A DNA stretch of 32,000 nucleotides from Desulfotalea psychrophila LSv54 (GCF_000025945.1 NC_006138.1:3210001-3242000), one strand, 5' to 3'. Positions 1-9,271 are shown, counted from the stretch's first letter. Made by a program: numbers and translations. The notes: generated by a model not told the origin, from the sequence alone.

Positions 1-2
1 AG

Positions 3-986
3 TTGATGGTGCTCAACACCTCTACGGGAAAGGTCGAGCATAAAATTTTCAACAATGTTTTAGAGTACATAAACCCCGGAGACATGCTTATTGTCAACAA
101 CACCAAGGTCTTTCCTGCCCGCCTTACGGGACACAAGGAAAGCGGTGGAAAAGTAGAGGTTTTTCTCCTTGAACTGCCAACCTATATCCGCCCAGGTGTC
201 TCTGAAAGCATCGCTCTTATCAAATCTTCACGAAAGCCGAAGGTGGGAAGCACATTAACAATAAATGAGGCCCTGAGCTGCCGGGTAACGGAGCAACTTG
301 CCGGGGGCAAGGCACGGTTGCAGCTGCACTACGACAAAGATGTCGATGTTACAGAAATTTTGGCAGGGATCGGTGAAATCCCACTTCCTCCCTATATAAA
401 AAGAGAAGAGGGCACAACCCCTGAAGACGTGACAAGGTATCAAACCGTTTACGCCAATGTGCCGGGCGCCGTAGCAGCACCCACCGCAGGCCTCCACTTC
501 ACCGAGGAGCTTCTGCAAAGTCTGCGAGAAAATGGCATTCAATTTGGCGAAGTAACCCTCCATGTGGGCTATGGCACCTTCGCCCCTGTTCGAGCTGAAA
601 ATATCGTAGAACACAATATCCATGAGGAGTTTGTCTCCGTGGGCCAAGAGACCGTGGACAAAATCATTGCAACCCGGAAGGCTGGTGGCAAAATTTGGGC
701 CGTGGGCACCACAACAGTACGTTCACTGGAATTTGCCGCTGCCCAACACGGCGGGCAAATTGCCGCCACCGAAGGATGGTGTGCTCTCTATATCTATCCA
801 GGGTTCAAGTTTCAGGTCATTGACAACCTCATCACCAACTTTCATCTGCCTGACTCGTCTCTTATGTTCCTGGTATCCGCACTTTGTCGCCGGGAAAAGC
901 TACTGGAGTGCTATCAGATGGCAATCAAAGAAGATTATCGTTTTTTCTCCTATGGCGATGCCATGGCTGTTATCAGCGGCGAATAA
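3..986 (+). CDS. queA: S-adenosylmethionine:tRNA ribosyltransferase-isomerase (QueA)
   Basis: 327-aa ORF, possibly 5' truncated. Characteristic motifs: PARLTGHKESGGKVEVFLL, PPYIKREE, YQTVYANVPGAVAAPTAGLHFT, HVGYGTFAPVR, TTTVRSLE, NLITNFHLPDSSL. Confidence 0.97.
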   Translation: MMVLNTSTGKVEHKIFNNVLEYINPGDMLIVNNTKVFPARLTGHKESGGKVEVFLLELPTYIRPGVSESIALIKSSRKPKVGSTLTINEALSCRVTEQLAGGKARLQLHYDKDVDVTEILAGIGEIPLPPYIKREEGTTPEDVTRYQTVYANVPGAVAAPTAGLHFTEELLQSLRENGIQFGEVTLHVGYGTFAPVRAENIVEHNIHEEFVSVGQETVDKIIATRKAGGKIWAVGTTTVRSLEFAAAQHGGQIAATEGWCALYIYPGFKFQVIDNLITNFHLPDSSLMFLVSALCRREKLLECYQMAIKEDYRFFSYGDAMAVISGE

Positions 987-990
987 AAAA

Positions 991-1028
991 AATGCCCCCT
1001 GCAATCAATTTCTACTGCAGGGGGCATT
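991..1028. terminator. bidirectional intrinsic terminator between convergent queA and FmdB-like gene
   Basis: Perfect 13-bp inverted repeat AATGCCCCCTGCA / TGCAGGGGGCATT, with A7 on the left and an AT-rich T run on the right. Confidence 0.85.
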
Positions 1029-1057
1029 AACATTTATTTTTTCCAACTACTCTATGC

Positions 1058-1288
1058 TCAAGAGGCCGACGAACATCCCTTACATTCGCCACCGCCCGAG
1101 GTACTGGTAGAGCTAGAATAACCATCGGCATACCAACCGCCGCCCTTGAGCTGAAAAGAGTTCACAGACATCAATTTCTTCACCGCGCCATGACATTCAG
1201 GACACTCGGTCAATGGATCATCACTCATACGTTGTTGTACCTCAAAGACCTTCTCACATTTACTACACTCATACTCATAAACTGGCAT
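1058..1288 (-). CDS. FmdB-family zinc ribbon protein
   Basis: MPVYEYECSKCEKVFEVQQRMSDDPLTECPECHGAVKKLMS: two CxxC pairs and a Ser/Gly-rich tail ending CKGCSSAS. The start is set at the internal ATG (1288), which has a GAGG-type RBS upstream, rather than the longer ORF start at 1327. Confidence 0.9.
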   Translation of the reverse strand: MPVYEYECSKCEKVFEVQQRMSDDPLTECPECHGAVKKLMSVNSFQLKGGGWYADGYSSSTSTSGGGECKGCSSAS

Positions 1289-1626
1289 TTTACTCACCTC
1301 AAAGACAAAACAATAGCAGAAGGACAACGGGGAACATGCCCTGCCCCTCGTGTTTGGTTGATTCCCGACTCAGGGAAATATATTTCTATACAGGTCTTTT
1401 ACCGAAAAGCTCCAGAAGCCTCTCGCAAAACTTATTGTAATTCCCATCATCGAATATGTCAACAAAGGCGCCAGTCTACAGTACAAAAATCATTATAAAA
1501 CATGATCGATTGCCCCTCCTGAAAAAAGCCCCTCTAGCTGCCTCCACCGAGCAGAGACTAACGACAGAGAGACAAAGAGGGACTCTCCCCCTCGCCCCCC
1601 TTGCACCTTAGTATAATTTAGACTAT

Positions 1627-1698
1627 AGGCGGAGAGACAATATTTTTTACCATTTTTCATATAGCGCTCGCGCTATCCACCTAAGACTAAAAAACAAA
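1627..1698 (+). promoter_or_regulatory. candidate structured 5' leader of the VUT-family transporter gene
   Basis: Hairpin ATAGCG-CTCG-CGCTAT (1661-1676), a possible outer pairing AGGCGG (1627-1632) / CCACCT (1677-1682) with one mismatch, then an A-rich tail CTAAAAAACAAA ending at the ATG. Confidence 0.25.
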
Positions 1699-2406
1699 AT
1701 GAATGAGCTCATGTGGGTAGTAATGCTACTTACCAATTTTTCTCTAATCCTCATATGCTACAAGATCTATGGCAGAATGGGCCTCTACCTGTGGATCCCC
1801 ATCTCCACCATTATTGCCAATATTCAGGTGCTCAAACTCGTTGAAATCATGGGCGTTGAGGCAACACTGGGTAATATTGTCTATGCATCCTCCTTTTTGG
1901 CCACGGATATTCTTTCGGAGAACCATGACAGAAAGGATGCCAAGAGGGCAATCGGGATAGGTTTTCTCTCCCTCTTATCCCTTACCCTCCTGATGCAAAT
2001 GGCCCTGAAATTCACTCCCTCAGCCAACGACTTCAGCCAGGAGAGCCTGCAAACAATCTTTGGCCTAATCCCCCGCATCGCCTTGGCAAGTATTGTGGCC
2101 TATATCATCTCTCAGTCCCATGATATATGGGCCTTTCACTGGATAAAGGAAAAGACCAAGGGCAAAAAACTCTGGCTGAGAAATTGTCTCAGCACCATGG
2201 TCAGTCAGGCAATTGACACCATAGTCTTTATCATTATCGCCTTTTGGGGGATGTATGAGTGGAGTGTCCTTGTTGAAATTTTCTGGACAACCTATCTGCT
2301 CAAATGGGTAGTGGCAGCCGCTGACACACCCTTTCTCTACCTTGCCCGTTGGATGAAGAAGGAGGGGCATGATTGCCCTGACCAAGCTCCGGGGCACGCT
2401 CTCTAA
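1699..2406 (+). CDS. VUT family (YhhQ/COG1738-like) putative queuosine precursor transporter
   Basis: 235-aa polytopic membrane protein with WIPISTIIANIQVLKLVEIMG, ATLGNIVYASSFLATDILSE and a late LRNCLSTMVSQAIDTIVFIIIAF block, typical of the VUT family. Confidence 0.85.
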   Translation: MNELMWVVMLLTNFSLILICYKIYGRMGLYLWIPISTIIANIQVLKLVEIMGVEATLGNIVYASSFLATDILSENHDRKDAKRAIGIGFLSLLSLTLLMQMALKFTPSANDFSQESLQTIFGLIPRIALASIVAYIISQSHDIWAFHWIKEKTKGKKLWLRNCLSTMVSQAIDTIVFIIIAFWGMYEWSVLVEIFWTTYLLKWVVAAADTPFLYLARWMKKEGHDCPDQAPGHAL

Positions 2407-2637
2407 CCCCCCCTAAAAGCCTAGGTTTTTTCACCTAAATTCATTCTGTCGCAAGGCATGGGGGCAAAGAGACATCCCATGCCTTGTTGTAGGCCGGTAA
2501 GTCTGGTATAACAAAATCTACGTCAAATATATTTCAATTGGTTATTTGGCGCACTTATAATATTGTGTAGGTCTTCTCTGCTCTAATGAGTGGGGCAGCT
2601 TTACCCATTAACACAAAATGATGAGGGCGTAGATTCC

Positions 2638-3384
2638 ATGTTTAAAAATAGGCTGTTAGTCTCGCACCAGAAGGTACCGCGTCCGACATACTCCATCCCT
2701 CTCATCATCTTCGCATTTCTTTTCTCCCTCCTTTTCAGCACATATGCCTGCGCAGAAGAGATCGAGAACAAGACCGAGATGTTAGTGGCAAAACGGCTAC
2801 AGCAACGTTACGATAGCATGAAAAGCCTCTCCTTCAACTTCTATCAGCACACCACGGCAGGTGTGGGTGGACGACCTAAAGTGGGCGAAGGTCAGGCTAG
2901 ATTTCTTAAATCCACTCGAACAGCGTTTATGCGTTGGGACTACCTGGCTCCTGAAGAGCAGGTACTTACCAGCGATGGCGAATTTTTCAGCATGTATTTT
3001 AAAGAGCTGAGGCAGATGATTGTCACCCCTGCTAAAAACCTCGAATCAGATATCACCTACTCCTTTTTTACCGGCAAGGGCACCCTCAAGAAAGATTTTT
3101 TTCTCTACCCGGCAGACGCCAATATCGCAGCAGAGTTGGTGGAATCGGAGAAGAGACAAATCATCAAACTGGTACCTAAAAAAACACAATCTCAGGTACA
3201 GGATATCCATGTTTGGGTAAATACAAATTCGCTTATTACCAGAATGCAGATTCGTGATCACTTTGGAACAATCACCGTGCTCAGTCTCAGCGATATAGAA
3301 ATTGACAGTATTGCCGATACGATTGAATCTTTAAAAGATTTTAGCTTTACTCCCCCTGTGGGCACTGAAATAATCAAACAGTGA
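2638..3384 (+). CDS. lolA: outer membrane lipoprotein carrier protein LolA
   Basis: Signal peptide (IPLIIFAFLFSLLFSTYACAEE), then LolA-like pattern: MKSLSFNFYQHTTA, GQARFLKSTRTAFMRWDY, YTFFTGKG-like segment, VWVNTNSLITRMQIRDHFGTITVLSLSDIE. Start chosen at ATG 2638; the ORF is open from 2590. Confidence 0.85.
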   Translation: MFKNRLLVSHQKVPRPTYSIPLIIFAFLFSLLFSTYACAEEIENKTEMLVAKRLQQRYDSMKSLSFNFYQHTTAGVGGRPKVGEGQARFLKSTRTAFMRWDYLAPEEQVLTSDGEFFSMYFKELRQMIVTPAKNLESDITYSFFTGKGTLKKDFFLYPADANIAAELVESEKRQIIKLVPKKTQSQVQDIHVWVNTNSLITRMQIRDHFGTITVLSLSDIEIDSIADTIESLKDFSFTPPVGTEIIKQ

Positions 3385-3436
3385 AATGCCGTAGTAGCAA
3401 GAACAATTAACACATATACAAAAAACGGGAAAAACA

Positions 3437-4627
3437 ATGGAAGAAAGTTTCGCAGACCTCTTTAAAGCCGAAGAAACCAAAAAAATAGTCAAACTAGCTC
3501 CTGGCCAAAAACTCACAGCAACTGTTGTTGGAATCAGCCCTGATACCATTTTCCTTGATGTTGGCGGAAAAAGTGAAGGCGCTCTCAATAGCTCTGAAAT
3601 GATCGATGGCGAAGGTAATCTCACCGTTGAAATGGGTGACAAGGTTGAGGTCTATTTTCTACAGGGCAAGGGTTCCGGCCCACTGTTCACCACCAAGATA
3701 GGATCCGGCGCTGACATTAGCCACCTGGAAGAGGCGTGGCGCAGTGCGATTCCCGTCGAGGGAATTGTCAAGGCAGAGATCAAGGGCGGTTTTGAGATCA
3801 GCCTCGGCGGTAAGACTCGCGCGTTCTGTCCATTCTCCCAGATGTCGCTTCGACGTGTTGCCGATCCTGCTAAGGAGTACGTAGATACCACCATGTCCTT
3901 TTTGATCAGCAAAATCGAAGAGAGCGGTCGCAATATTGTGGTTTCAGCCCGCGCCCTTGAAGAGGCAAAACGCGCTGAAATGCGGGATGAGCTGGTGGCA
4001 ACCTTGGCTGAAGGCCAAACCGTGGAGGGTGTTATTACCTCTATTCGTGATTTTGGTGCCTTTGTTGATATCGGTGCCATCGACGGACTTATCCCCATCT
4101 CCGAGATTGGTTGGAGCCGGGTCGAGCGAGTTGAAGAGTATTTCGCCGTGGGCCAGAAAGTGCAGGCCGTGGTCAAGAGCATTGATTGGGAGAAGGATCG
4201 CATCTCCCTCAGCTATAAAGACACCCTCACCGATCCTTGGATAGAGGCAGCAAAAGAGCTTGTTCCCGGCACCATCCTCACTGGCAAGGTAGTTCGCCTT
4301 GCCCAATTTGGTGCCTTTGTCAATATCGCCGAAGGTATTGATGGCCTTATCCATATCTCCAGACTTGGCAGTGGCCGTCGCATCAACCACCCCCGAGAGG
4401 CTGTTGAAGAGGGTCAGGAGATCGAGGTGAAGGTAGAGAGCGTTGACAGCGATAGCAAAAGAATCAGTCTTGCTCCATCTGACTTTGTCTCTGCCGAAGG
4501 CGAAGCCGATAAGGAAGAGGCTACCTTCAAGGAGTACGCCAAGAAGAAAAAGTCATCCAAGGAGAGCAGCAATATGGGTTCCCTTGGCCAACTCCTCAAG
4601 GCTAAGATGCTGGCAAAGAAGAAGTAA
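3437..4627 (+). CDS. S1 RNA-binding domain protein / 30S ribosomal protein S1-like with about four S1 repeats
   Basis: Repeated S1 motifs: VVGISPDTIFLDVGGKSEG, VEGVITSIRDFGAFVDIGAIDGLIPISEI, GTILTGKVVRLAQFGAFVNIAEGIDGLIHIS. Confidence 0.9.
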   Translation: MEESFADLFKAEETKKIVKLAPGQKLTATVVGISPDTIFLDVGGKSEGALNSSEMIDGEGNLTVEMGDKVEVYFLQGKGSGPLFTTKIGSGADISHLEEAWRSAIPVEGIVKAEIKGGFEISLGGKTRAFCPFSQMSLRRVADPAKEYVDTTMSFLISKIEESGRNIVVSARALEEAKRAEMRDELVATLAEGQTVEGVITSIRDFGAFVDIGAIDGLIPISEIGWSRVERVEEYFAVGQKVQAVVKSIDWEKDRISLSYKDTLTDPWIEAAKELVPGTILTGKVVRLAQFGAFVNIAEGIDGLIHISRLGSGRRINHPREAVEEGQEIEVKVESVDSDSKRISLAPSDFVSAEGEADKEEATFKEYAKKKKSSKESSNMGSLGQLLKAKMLAKKK

Positions 4628-4647
4628 TTCCAACTCTGCCCTGAACT

Positions 4648-4690
4648 ACCGCGCCGCTCTTCTCCCCTTTTGGGGTGGAGCGGCGTGGTA
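4648..4690 (+). terminator. GC-rich stem-loop downstream of the S1 gene
   Basis: ACCGCGCCGCTC...CTCCCCttttGGGG...GAGCGGCGTGGT, a strong hairpin. It lacks a clear U-tract. Confidence 0.5.
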
Positions 4691-4740
4691 AGCTATCAGC
4701 TTACAGCTTACAGCTTCTTTTCGATCCACCTCCCACTCAC
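4691..4740. repeat. short-period AGCTTAC repeat followed by GATCCACC motif
   Basis: TAAGCTATCAGCTTACAGCTTACAGCTTCTTTTCGATCCACCTCCCACTCAC. The same organisation (AGCTGTCAGCTTCTTTCCAATCCACCCTCCC) occurs at about 9950-10009. Confidence 0.6.
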
Positions 4741-5024
4741 TGTTCAACGTTCAGCCTGTTCCAATTATTGTACTCATCCAGCCCGACATCCACCCCATAA
4801 TTGTTCTTGGCCAATACACACATCTCCAGATCACCTGCAACACTACCCCTGTTACGATCAGAAAAAATTGTTCCATGAAGAGATTAATAATGTGTCATTT
4901 TATCTACATTGATTCTTTATTTCATTAGACTTTAACAACCAAAAGCAGTTAAGCTAAACTTACTGCCTTGTTAGGGAGTTGTCCGTCAGGAAAAGACACC
5001 CATATCAAACCTGGAGGTTATTAA

Positions 5025-6995
5025 ATGTGCAGGGCTACAAAAAGACGATTTATTGTTGGCTCAATACTATTTGCCTGTTTGTCCAATTCGCCAGCCTGGG
5101 CAGAAAATGAGATCTCGACCCCATTATTGCCAACAGCCAACAATTTTCGAGATATCGCCGGAATATCAGAGACACATGGCGGAAACGGATTTGTAAATGA
5201 TACCAGATATAAAGGCCTTATGCGAACAGGGGTGTTTTATCGTTCCTCAAAGCTCCAGGAGCTCAACTCGAAAGATTTCAACACAATCTCTGCTCTTGGA
5301 ATCTCGCTGGTTATCGATCTACGGAGTCCTTATGAGATTTCGCTGGCTCCTGACCTACCTTTACCTGGAGCCAGCTTAGTAAATCATAATATATACGCCA
5401 TTAATCCTCCAGTCTCTCCGCCAATTCCTGGTGACTCCCCTCCGCTAATAGACTCCACAACAGAGATGACAAAATATTTCCACGATTTTTATCGGAAATT
5501 CATCACTGATTATAAGCAGCGTGCTGAATTTAAATTAGTTCTCCTGGATCTGATCAACACTCCAGGGGCCGGGCTATACCATTGTACCGGTGGCAAGGAT
5601 CGAACGGGTTGGGTGAGTGTCATCCTGCAAAGTATTGCCGGCGTCTCCGATTCGACTATTATGAAGGATTATCTGGCTACCAATCTATATAGTGAAAAAT
5701 ATATAAATGAATTCCTGGTTAAGATCACGGATCCTAATAAAAAGATTGCCTACAGGATACTTGCTGGAGTGCAAGAAGATTTTTTACAGGCGGCACTTGA
5801 TCAGGTGGTCACTTCCTATGGGTCGATGCAGGCGTATTTGACTCAGGGCTTGGGATTAAGCCAGGCTGATATTTATCTCCTCCGGGCCAAAATGGTTTAC
5901 TACCAGACCCTACCCGGCCAAGCTCAGTTTTCCGGTAATGCTGCCCGAGGCGCAACTTTTCTCAACGCTTTACAGAACTCACCTCTTTCAGGGCAATACT
6001 CAAACTACAACTATTATCTACAGGCAGCTATTGATGCTGGCACCTTGGCTGGCGTAGAAACCAGAGTAGGTGGTCAGGTACATGCTGATGCAGCTGCATA
6101 TCTCTTGCGCCAACCACAGTTAATCGATAATGCCTTAACAACCCTTGCCAGTGGCCAAAATCTCAAATTTGGTGAAGGCAAGGCATGGCTATCAGGTGTT
6201 ACAGAAAACCAGGAGGTGTCAAGCCGTTCTGGCATAGCTAGCAGTGATAGCCGCAGCTCTGGTTTGATTGTTGGCGGGACACATCGTTTTAATGAAAATG
6301 CGAGCGCCTATGTAGGTGCAAGCTATATTTCAAACAAGGTCGAAAGTGCCAGCGCCGACGCTGATATCGACAACTATCTTGTCGTCTTTGGTGGACGTTA
6401 TGCCTTAGCAAAACTTGAAACTGGTCCCTATATGGGGGTCAGGTTCAGTGCCGGCGCCCTTGATTATAAGAGCACCCGGCCCCTGGATTATGGCCTTGGC
6501 ACGGCAACTGGTAAAACCGATGGCAAAACTTATAGTGGCCGTATTGACCTTGGTAATATTTTTGACAGAGGTACCTTTACGATCACACCGCAGCTTGGCC
6601 TGCTCGTCGCCCATATCAACCTTGACAGATTCGATGAACAGGGCAGTGAACTGGGCCTTCACGTCAATGGTATTTCCGAAACAATACCCAGTTTATTAGC
6701 TGAACTGCGCGTCGATCTCAATGGACGACAATTTGGTAATTGGCTGTTCCAGCCTTCCGCAGTGGTAGGCTATGAACGGGCATTAGACACCTCGAATGTA
6801 ACTAGTACGGGTTCGCTTTACGGATATCCCATAAGCCAGGAGTCAGCCTATGACAGTCGTGATCTCGCCAAGCTTGGTCTTGGGGTAAGCGCACGGAATG
6901 GGAACTTCAGTCTACAAGTTGGGGCTAATGTCATGGCCGGAGAAAATATCAACAGCATCTTAGGTGCTAACATCAACTTTTCATATACCTTTTAG
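5025..6995 (+). CDS. autotransporter with N-terminal secreted tyrosine/dual-specificity phosphatase domain (copy 1)
   Basis: Signal peptide MCRATKRRFIVGSILFACLSNSPAWA. PTP-like: NFRDIAGI, TGVFYRSSKLQELN, SLVIDLRSPYEI and P-loop HCTGGKDRTG. C-terminal autotransporter-like barrel ending LGANINFSYTF. GGAGG RBS about 7 nt upstream. Confidence 0.9.
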   Translation: MCRATKRRFIVGSILFACLSNSPAWAENEISTPLLPTANNFRDIAGISETHGGNGFVNDTRYKGLMRTGVFYRSSKLQELNSKDFNTISALGISLVIDLRSPYEISLAPDLPLPGASLVNHNIYAINPPVSPPIPGDSPPLIDSTTEMTKYFHDFYRKFITDYKQRAEFKLVLLDLINTPGAGLYHCTGGKDRTGWVSVILQSIAGVSDSTIMKDYLATNLYSEKYINEFLVKITDPNKKIAYRILAGVQEDFLQAALDQVVTSYGSMQAYLTQGLGLSQADIYLLRAKMVYYQTLPGQAQFSGNAARGATFLNALQNSPLSGQYSNYNYYLQAAIDAGTLAGVETRVGGQVHADAAAYLLRQPQLIDNALTTLASGQNLKFGEGKAWLSGVTENQEVSSRSGIASSDSRSSGLIVGGTHRFNENASAYVGASYISNKVESASADADIDNYLVVFGGRYALAKLETGPYMGVRFSAGALDYKSTRPLDYGLGTATGKTDGKTYSGRIDLGNIFDRGTFTITPQLGLLVAHINLDRFDEQGSELGLHVNGISETIPSLLAELRVDLNGRQFGNWLFQPSAVVGYERALDTSNVTSTGSLYGYPISQESAYDSRDLAKLGLGVSARNGNFSLQVGANVMAGENINSILGANINFSYTF

Positions 6996-7235
6996 ACGGT
7001 TGCATCAGGCCTTGGTGGTGAAACACAATAATAGATTCTTGATCTCAAACACTCCCTCTTGGCAAATGCTGGAGACATGTGGGAGTGTAATTATCAAAAC
7101 CAAAAAATATAGCATGGTGGCAGAAGTGGCCCCGTTTCATAAGCCACTGCCCTGATTTATTAATGATCGCCTTGTTAGGGCATTGTTCATCAGTAAAAAA
7201 ACACCCATATCCATATTAAGCCAGGAGGTTGTTAG

Positions 7236-9176
7236 ATGTGCAGGGCTACAAAAAGACGATTTATTATTGGCTCAATACTATTTGCCTGTTTGTCCAATTC
7301 GCCAGCCTGGGCAGAAAATGAGATCTCGACGCCATACTTAACCAGTGCCAGTAACTTTCGAGACATTGCAGGAATATCAAAAAACTATGGTGGAACCGGT
7401 TTTGTAAATGATACCAGCCATGAAGGCATCATGAGAACAGGAGTATTTTATCGTTCTCCAAAGCTCTTTAACCTTAGCTCGGTCGATTTCAATACAATCT
7501 CTGGCCTTGGGCTTTCGCTCATTATCGATTTAAGAACTCCTAAAGAAATTCAAGACGCTCCAGACATGTCTTTTGGTATTAATGAAGTATATCATAATAT
7601 CTTTGGTACCCAAGATACTCCCCATCTGTCCTACATTACCCCAGAAGATGTTAGGGTGAGCTTCCACAACGCTTATCGGGAATACATAACCGAGGAAGGC
7701 CAGAGAAAGGTATTGAAAAATATTTTTCTCGACTTGGCCAAAACTCCTAAGGCAGCCCTATACCATTGCACTGGTGGCAAGGATAGAACAGGTTGGGTGA
7801 GTGCCGTCCTGCAAAGTATTGCCGGCGTCTCAGATGCGACTATCATGAATGATTATCTCGCGACCAATCTATATATGGAGACAGCTGTTAATAAATTTCT
7901 AAAAGATTATCCTGAATCAATGTGGCCTATTCTTAAATTGCGTTTGGGAGTAGAAGCGAGCTATCTGCAGGCGGCACTTGAGCAGGTGGTCACTTCCTAT
8001 GGGTCAATGCAAGCGTATTTGCTCCAGGGCTTGGATTTAACACCGGCTGATATCTATGTCCTCCGGGCCAAAATGGTTTACTACCAGAGCCTACCCGGCC
8101 AAGCTCAGTTTTCCGGTAATGCTGCTAGAGGCGCAACTTTTCTCAACAGTTTACAGAACTCACCTCTTTCAGGGCAATACTCAAACTACAACTATTATCT
8201 ACAGGCAGCTATTGATGCTGGCACCTTGAGTGGCGTAGAAACCAGAGTAGGTGGTCAGGTGCATGCCGATGCAGCTGCATATCTCTTGCGCCAACCACAA
8301 TTAATCGATAATGCCTTAACAACCCTTGCCAGTGGTCAAAATCTCAAATTCGGTGAAGGCAAGGCATGGCTATCAGGTCTTACAGAAAACCAGGAGGTGT
8401 CAAGCCGTTCTGGGATAGCAAGCAGTGATAGTCGCAGCTCTGGTTTGATTGTTGGCGGGACACATCGTTTTAATGAGAATGCGAGCGCCTATGCAGGTGC
8501 AAGCTATATTTCAAACAAGGTCGAAAGTGCCAGCGCCGACGCTGACATCGACAACTATCTTGTCGTCTTTGGTGGACGTTATGCCCTGTCAAAACTTGAA
8601 ACGGGACCCTATATGGGGGTCAGGTTCAGTGCCGGCGCCCTTGATTATAAGAGTACCCGGCCCCTGGATTATGGCCTTGGCACGGCAACGGGTAAAACCG
8701 ATGGCAAAACTTATAGTGGCCGTATTGACCTTGGTAATATTTTTGAGAGAGGTACCTTTACGATCACACCACAGCTTGGCCTGCTCGTCGCCCATATCGA
8801 CCTTGACAGATTCGATGAGCAGGGGAGCGAACTGGCTCTTAAGGTCAATGGTATTTCCGAAACAATACCCAGTTTATTAGCCGAACTGCGCGTCGATCTC
8901 AATGGACGACAACTTGGCAATTGGGTCTTCCAGCCTTCCGCAGTGATAGGCTATGAACGGGCATTAGATACCTCGAATGTAACGAGTACGGGTTCACTTT
9001 ACGGAATATCAGTAAGCCAGGAGTCAGCCTATGACAGTCGTGATCTCGCCAAGCTTGGTCTTGGAATAAGCGCACGAAATGGGAACTTCAGCCTACAAGT
9101 TGGTGCTAATCTAATGGCTGGAGAAAATATCAACAGCATCTTAGGTGCTAATATCAACTTTCTATATACCTTTTAG
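7236..9176 (+). CDS. autotransporter with N-terminal secreted tyrosine/dual-specificity phosphatase domain (copy 2)
   Basis: Same signal peptide and architecture, HCTGGKDRTG loop, barrel ending LGANINFLYTF. Paralogue of the preceding gene. Confidence 0.9.
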   Translation: MCRATKRRFIIGSILFACLSNSPAWAENEISTPYLTSASNFRDIAGISKNYGGTGFVNDTSHEGIMRTGVFYRSPKLFNLSSVDFNTISGLGLSLIIDLRTPKEIQDAPDMSFGINEVYHNIFGTQDTPHLSYITPEDVRVSFHNAYREYITEEGQRKVLKNIFLDLAKTPKAALYHCTGGKDRTGWVSAVLQSIAGVSDATIMNDYLATNLYMETAVNKFLKDYPESMWPILKLRLGVEASYLQAALEQVVTSYGSMQAYLLQGLDLTPADIYVLRAKMVYYQSLPGQAQFSGNAARGATFLNSLQNSPLSGQYSNYNYYLQAAIDAGTLSGVETRVGGQVHADAAAYLLRQPQLIDNALTTLASGQNLKFGEGKAWLSGLTENQEVSSRSGIASSDSRSSGLIVGGTHRFNENASAYAGASYISNKVESASADADIDNYLVVFGGRYALSKLETGPYMGVRFSAGALDYKSTRPLDYGLGTATGKTDGKTYSGRIDLGNIFERGTFTITPQLGLLVAHIDLDRFDEQGSELALKVNGISETIPSLLAELRVDLNGRQLGNWVFQPSAVIGYERALDTSNVTSTGSLYGISVSQESAYDSRDLAKLGLGISARNGNFSLQVGANLMAGENINSILGANINFLYTF

Positions 9177-9216
9177 ACGGTTGCATCAGGCCTTGTTGGT
9201 GAAACAGAGAAAAAAG

Positions 9217-9271
9217 AGCAGCTGTAAGATCTCAGCTATCAGCTGCTTTTTAACCTAAGCTCCCGTGAGGG
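9217..9271. repeat. AGCTGTAAG/AGCTATCAGCTG element followed by GCTCCCGTGAGGG
   Basis: GCAGCTGTAAGATCTCAGCTATCAGCTGCTTTTTAACCTAAGCTCCCGTGAGGG resembles elements at 4691 and 9950. Confidence 0.45.

Larger units (their letters stand above)
4956..9207 (+). repeat. tandem gene duplication including upstream leader and downstream tail
   Basis: Leaders GCCTTGTTAGGG..TTGT.C.TCAG.AAAA..ACACCCATAT...GGAGGTT.TTA.ATGTGCAGGGCTACAAAAAGACGATTTATTG and tails TTAGACGGTTGCATCAGGCCTTG.TGGTGAAACA occur around both genes. Confidence 0.9.

Noticed and set aside
1190-1498. plus-strand ORFs 1190-1498 and 1213-1440
   Set aside because: Antisense to or overlapping the FmdB-like gene and its leader, with no recognisable family.
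3331-4390. minus-strand ORFs opposite lolA and the S1 gene (3331-3642, 3652-4203, 3944-4390)
   Set aside because: Shadow ORFs antisense to strongly supported coding regions.
3437-4627. S1-like protein as an unusual novel RNA-binding system
   Set aside because: Four-domain S1 proteins are common in many bacteria; nothing in the neighbourhood suggests a specialised role.
8449-8880. 143-aa ORF within copy 2 barrel, with counterpart at 6415-6699 in copy 1
   Set aside because: Alternative-frame shadow ORFs preserved only because the barrel-encoding DNA is near-identical between copies.
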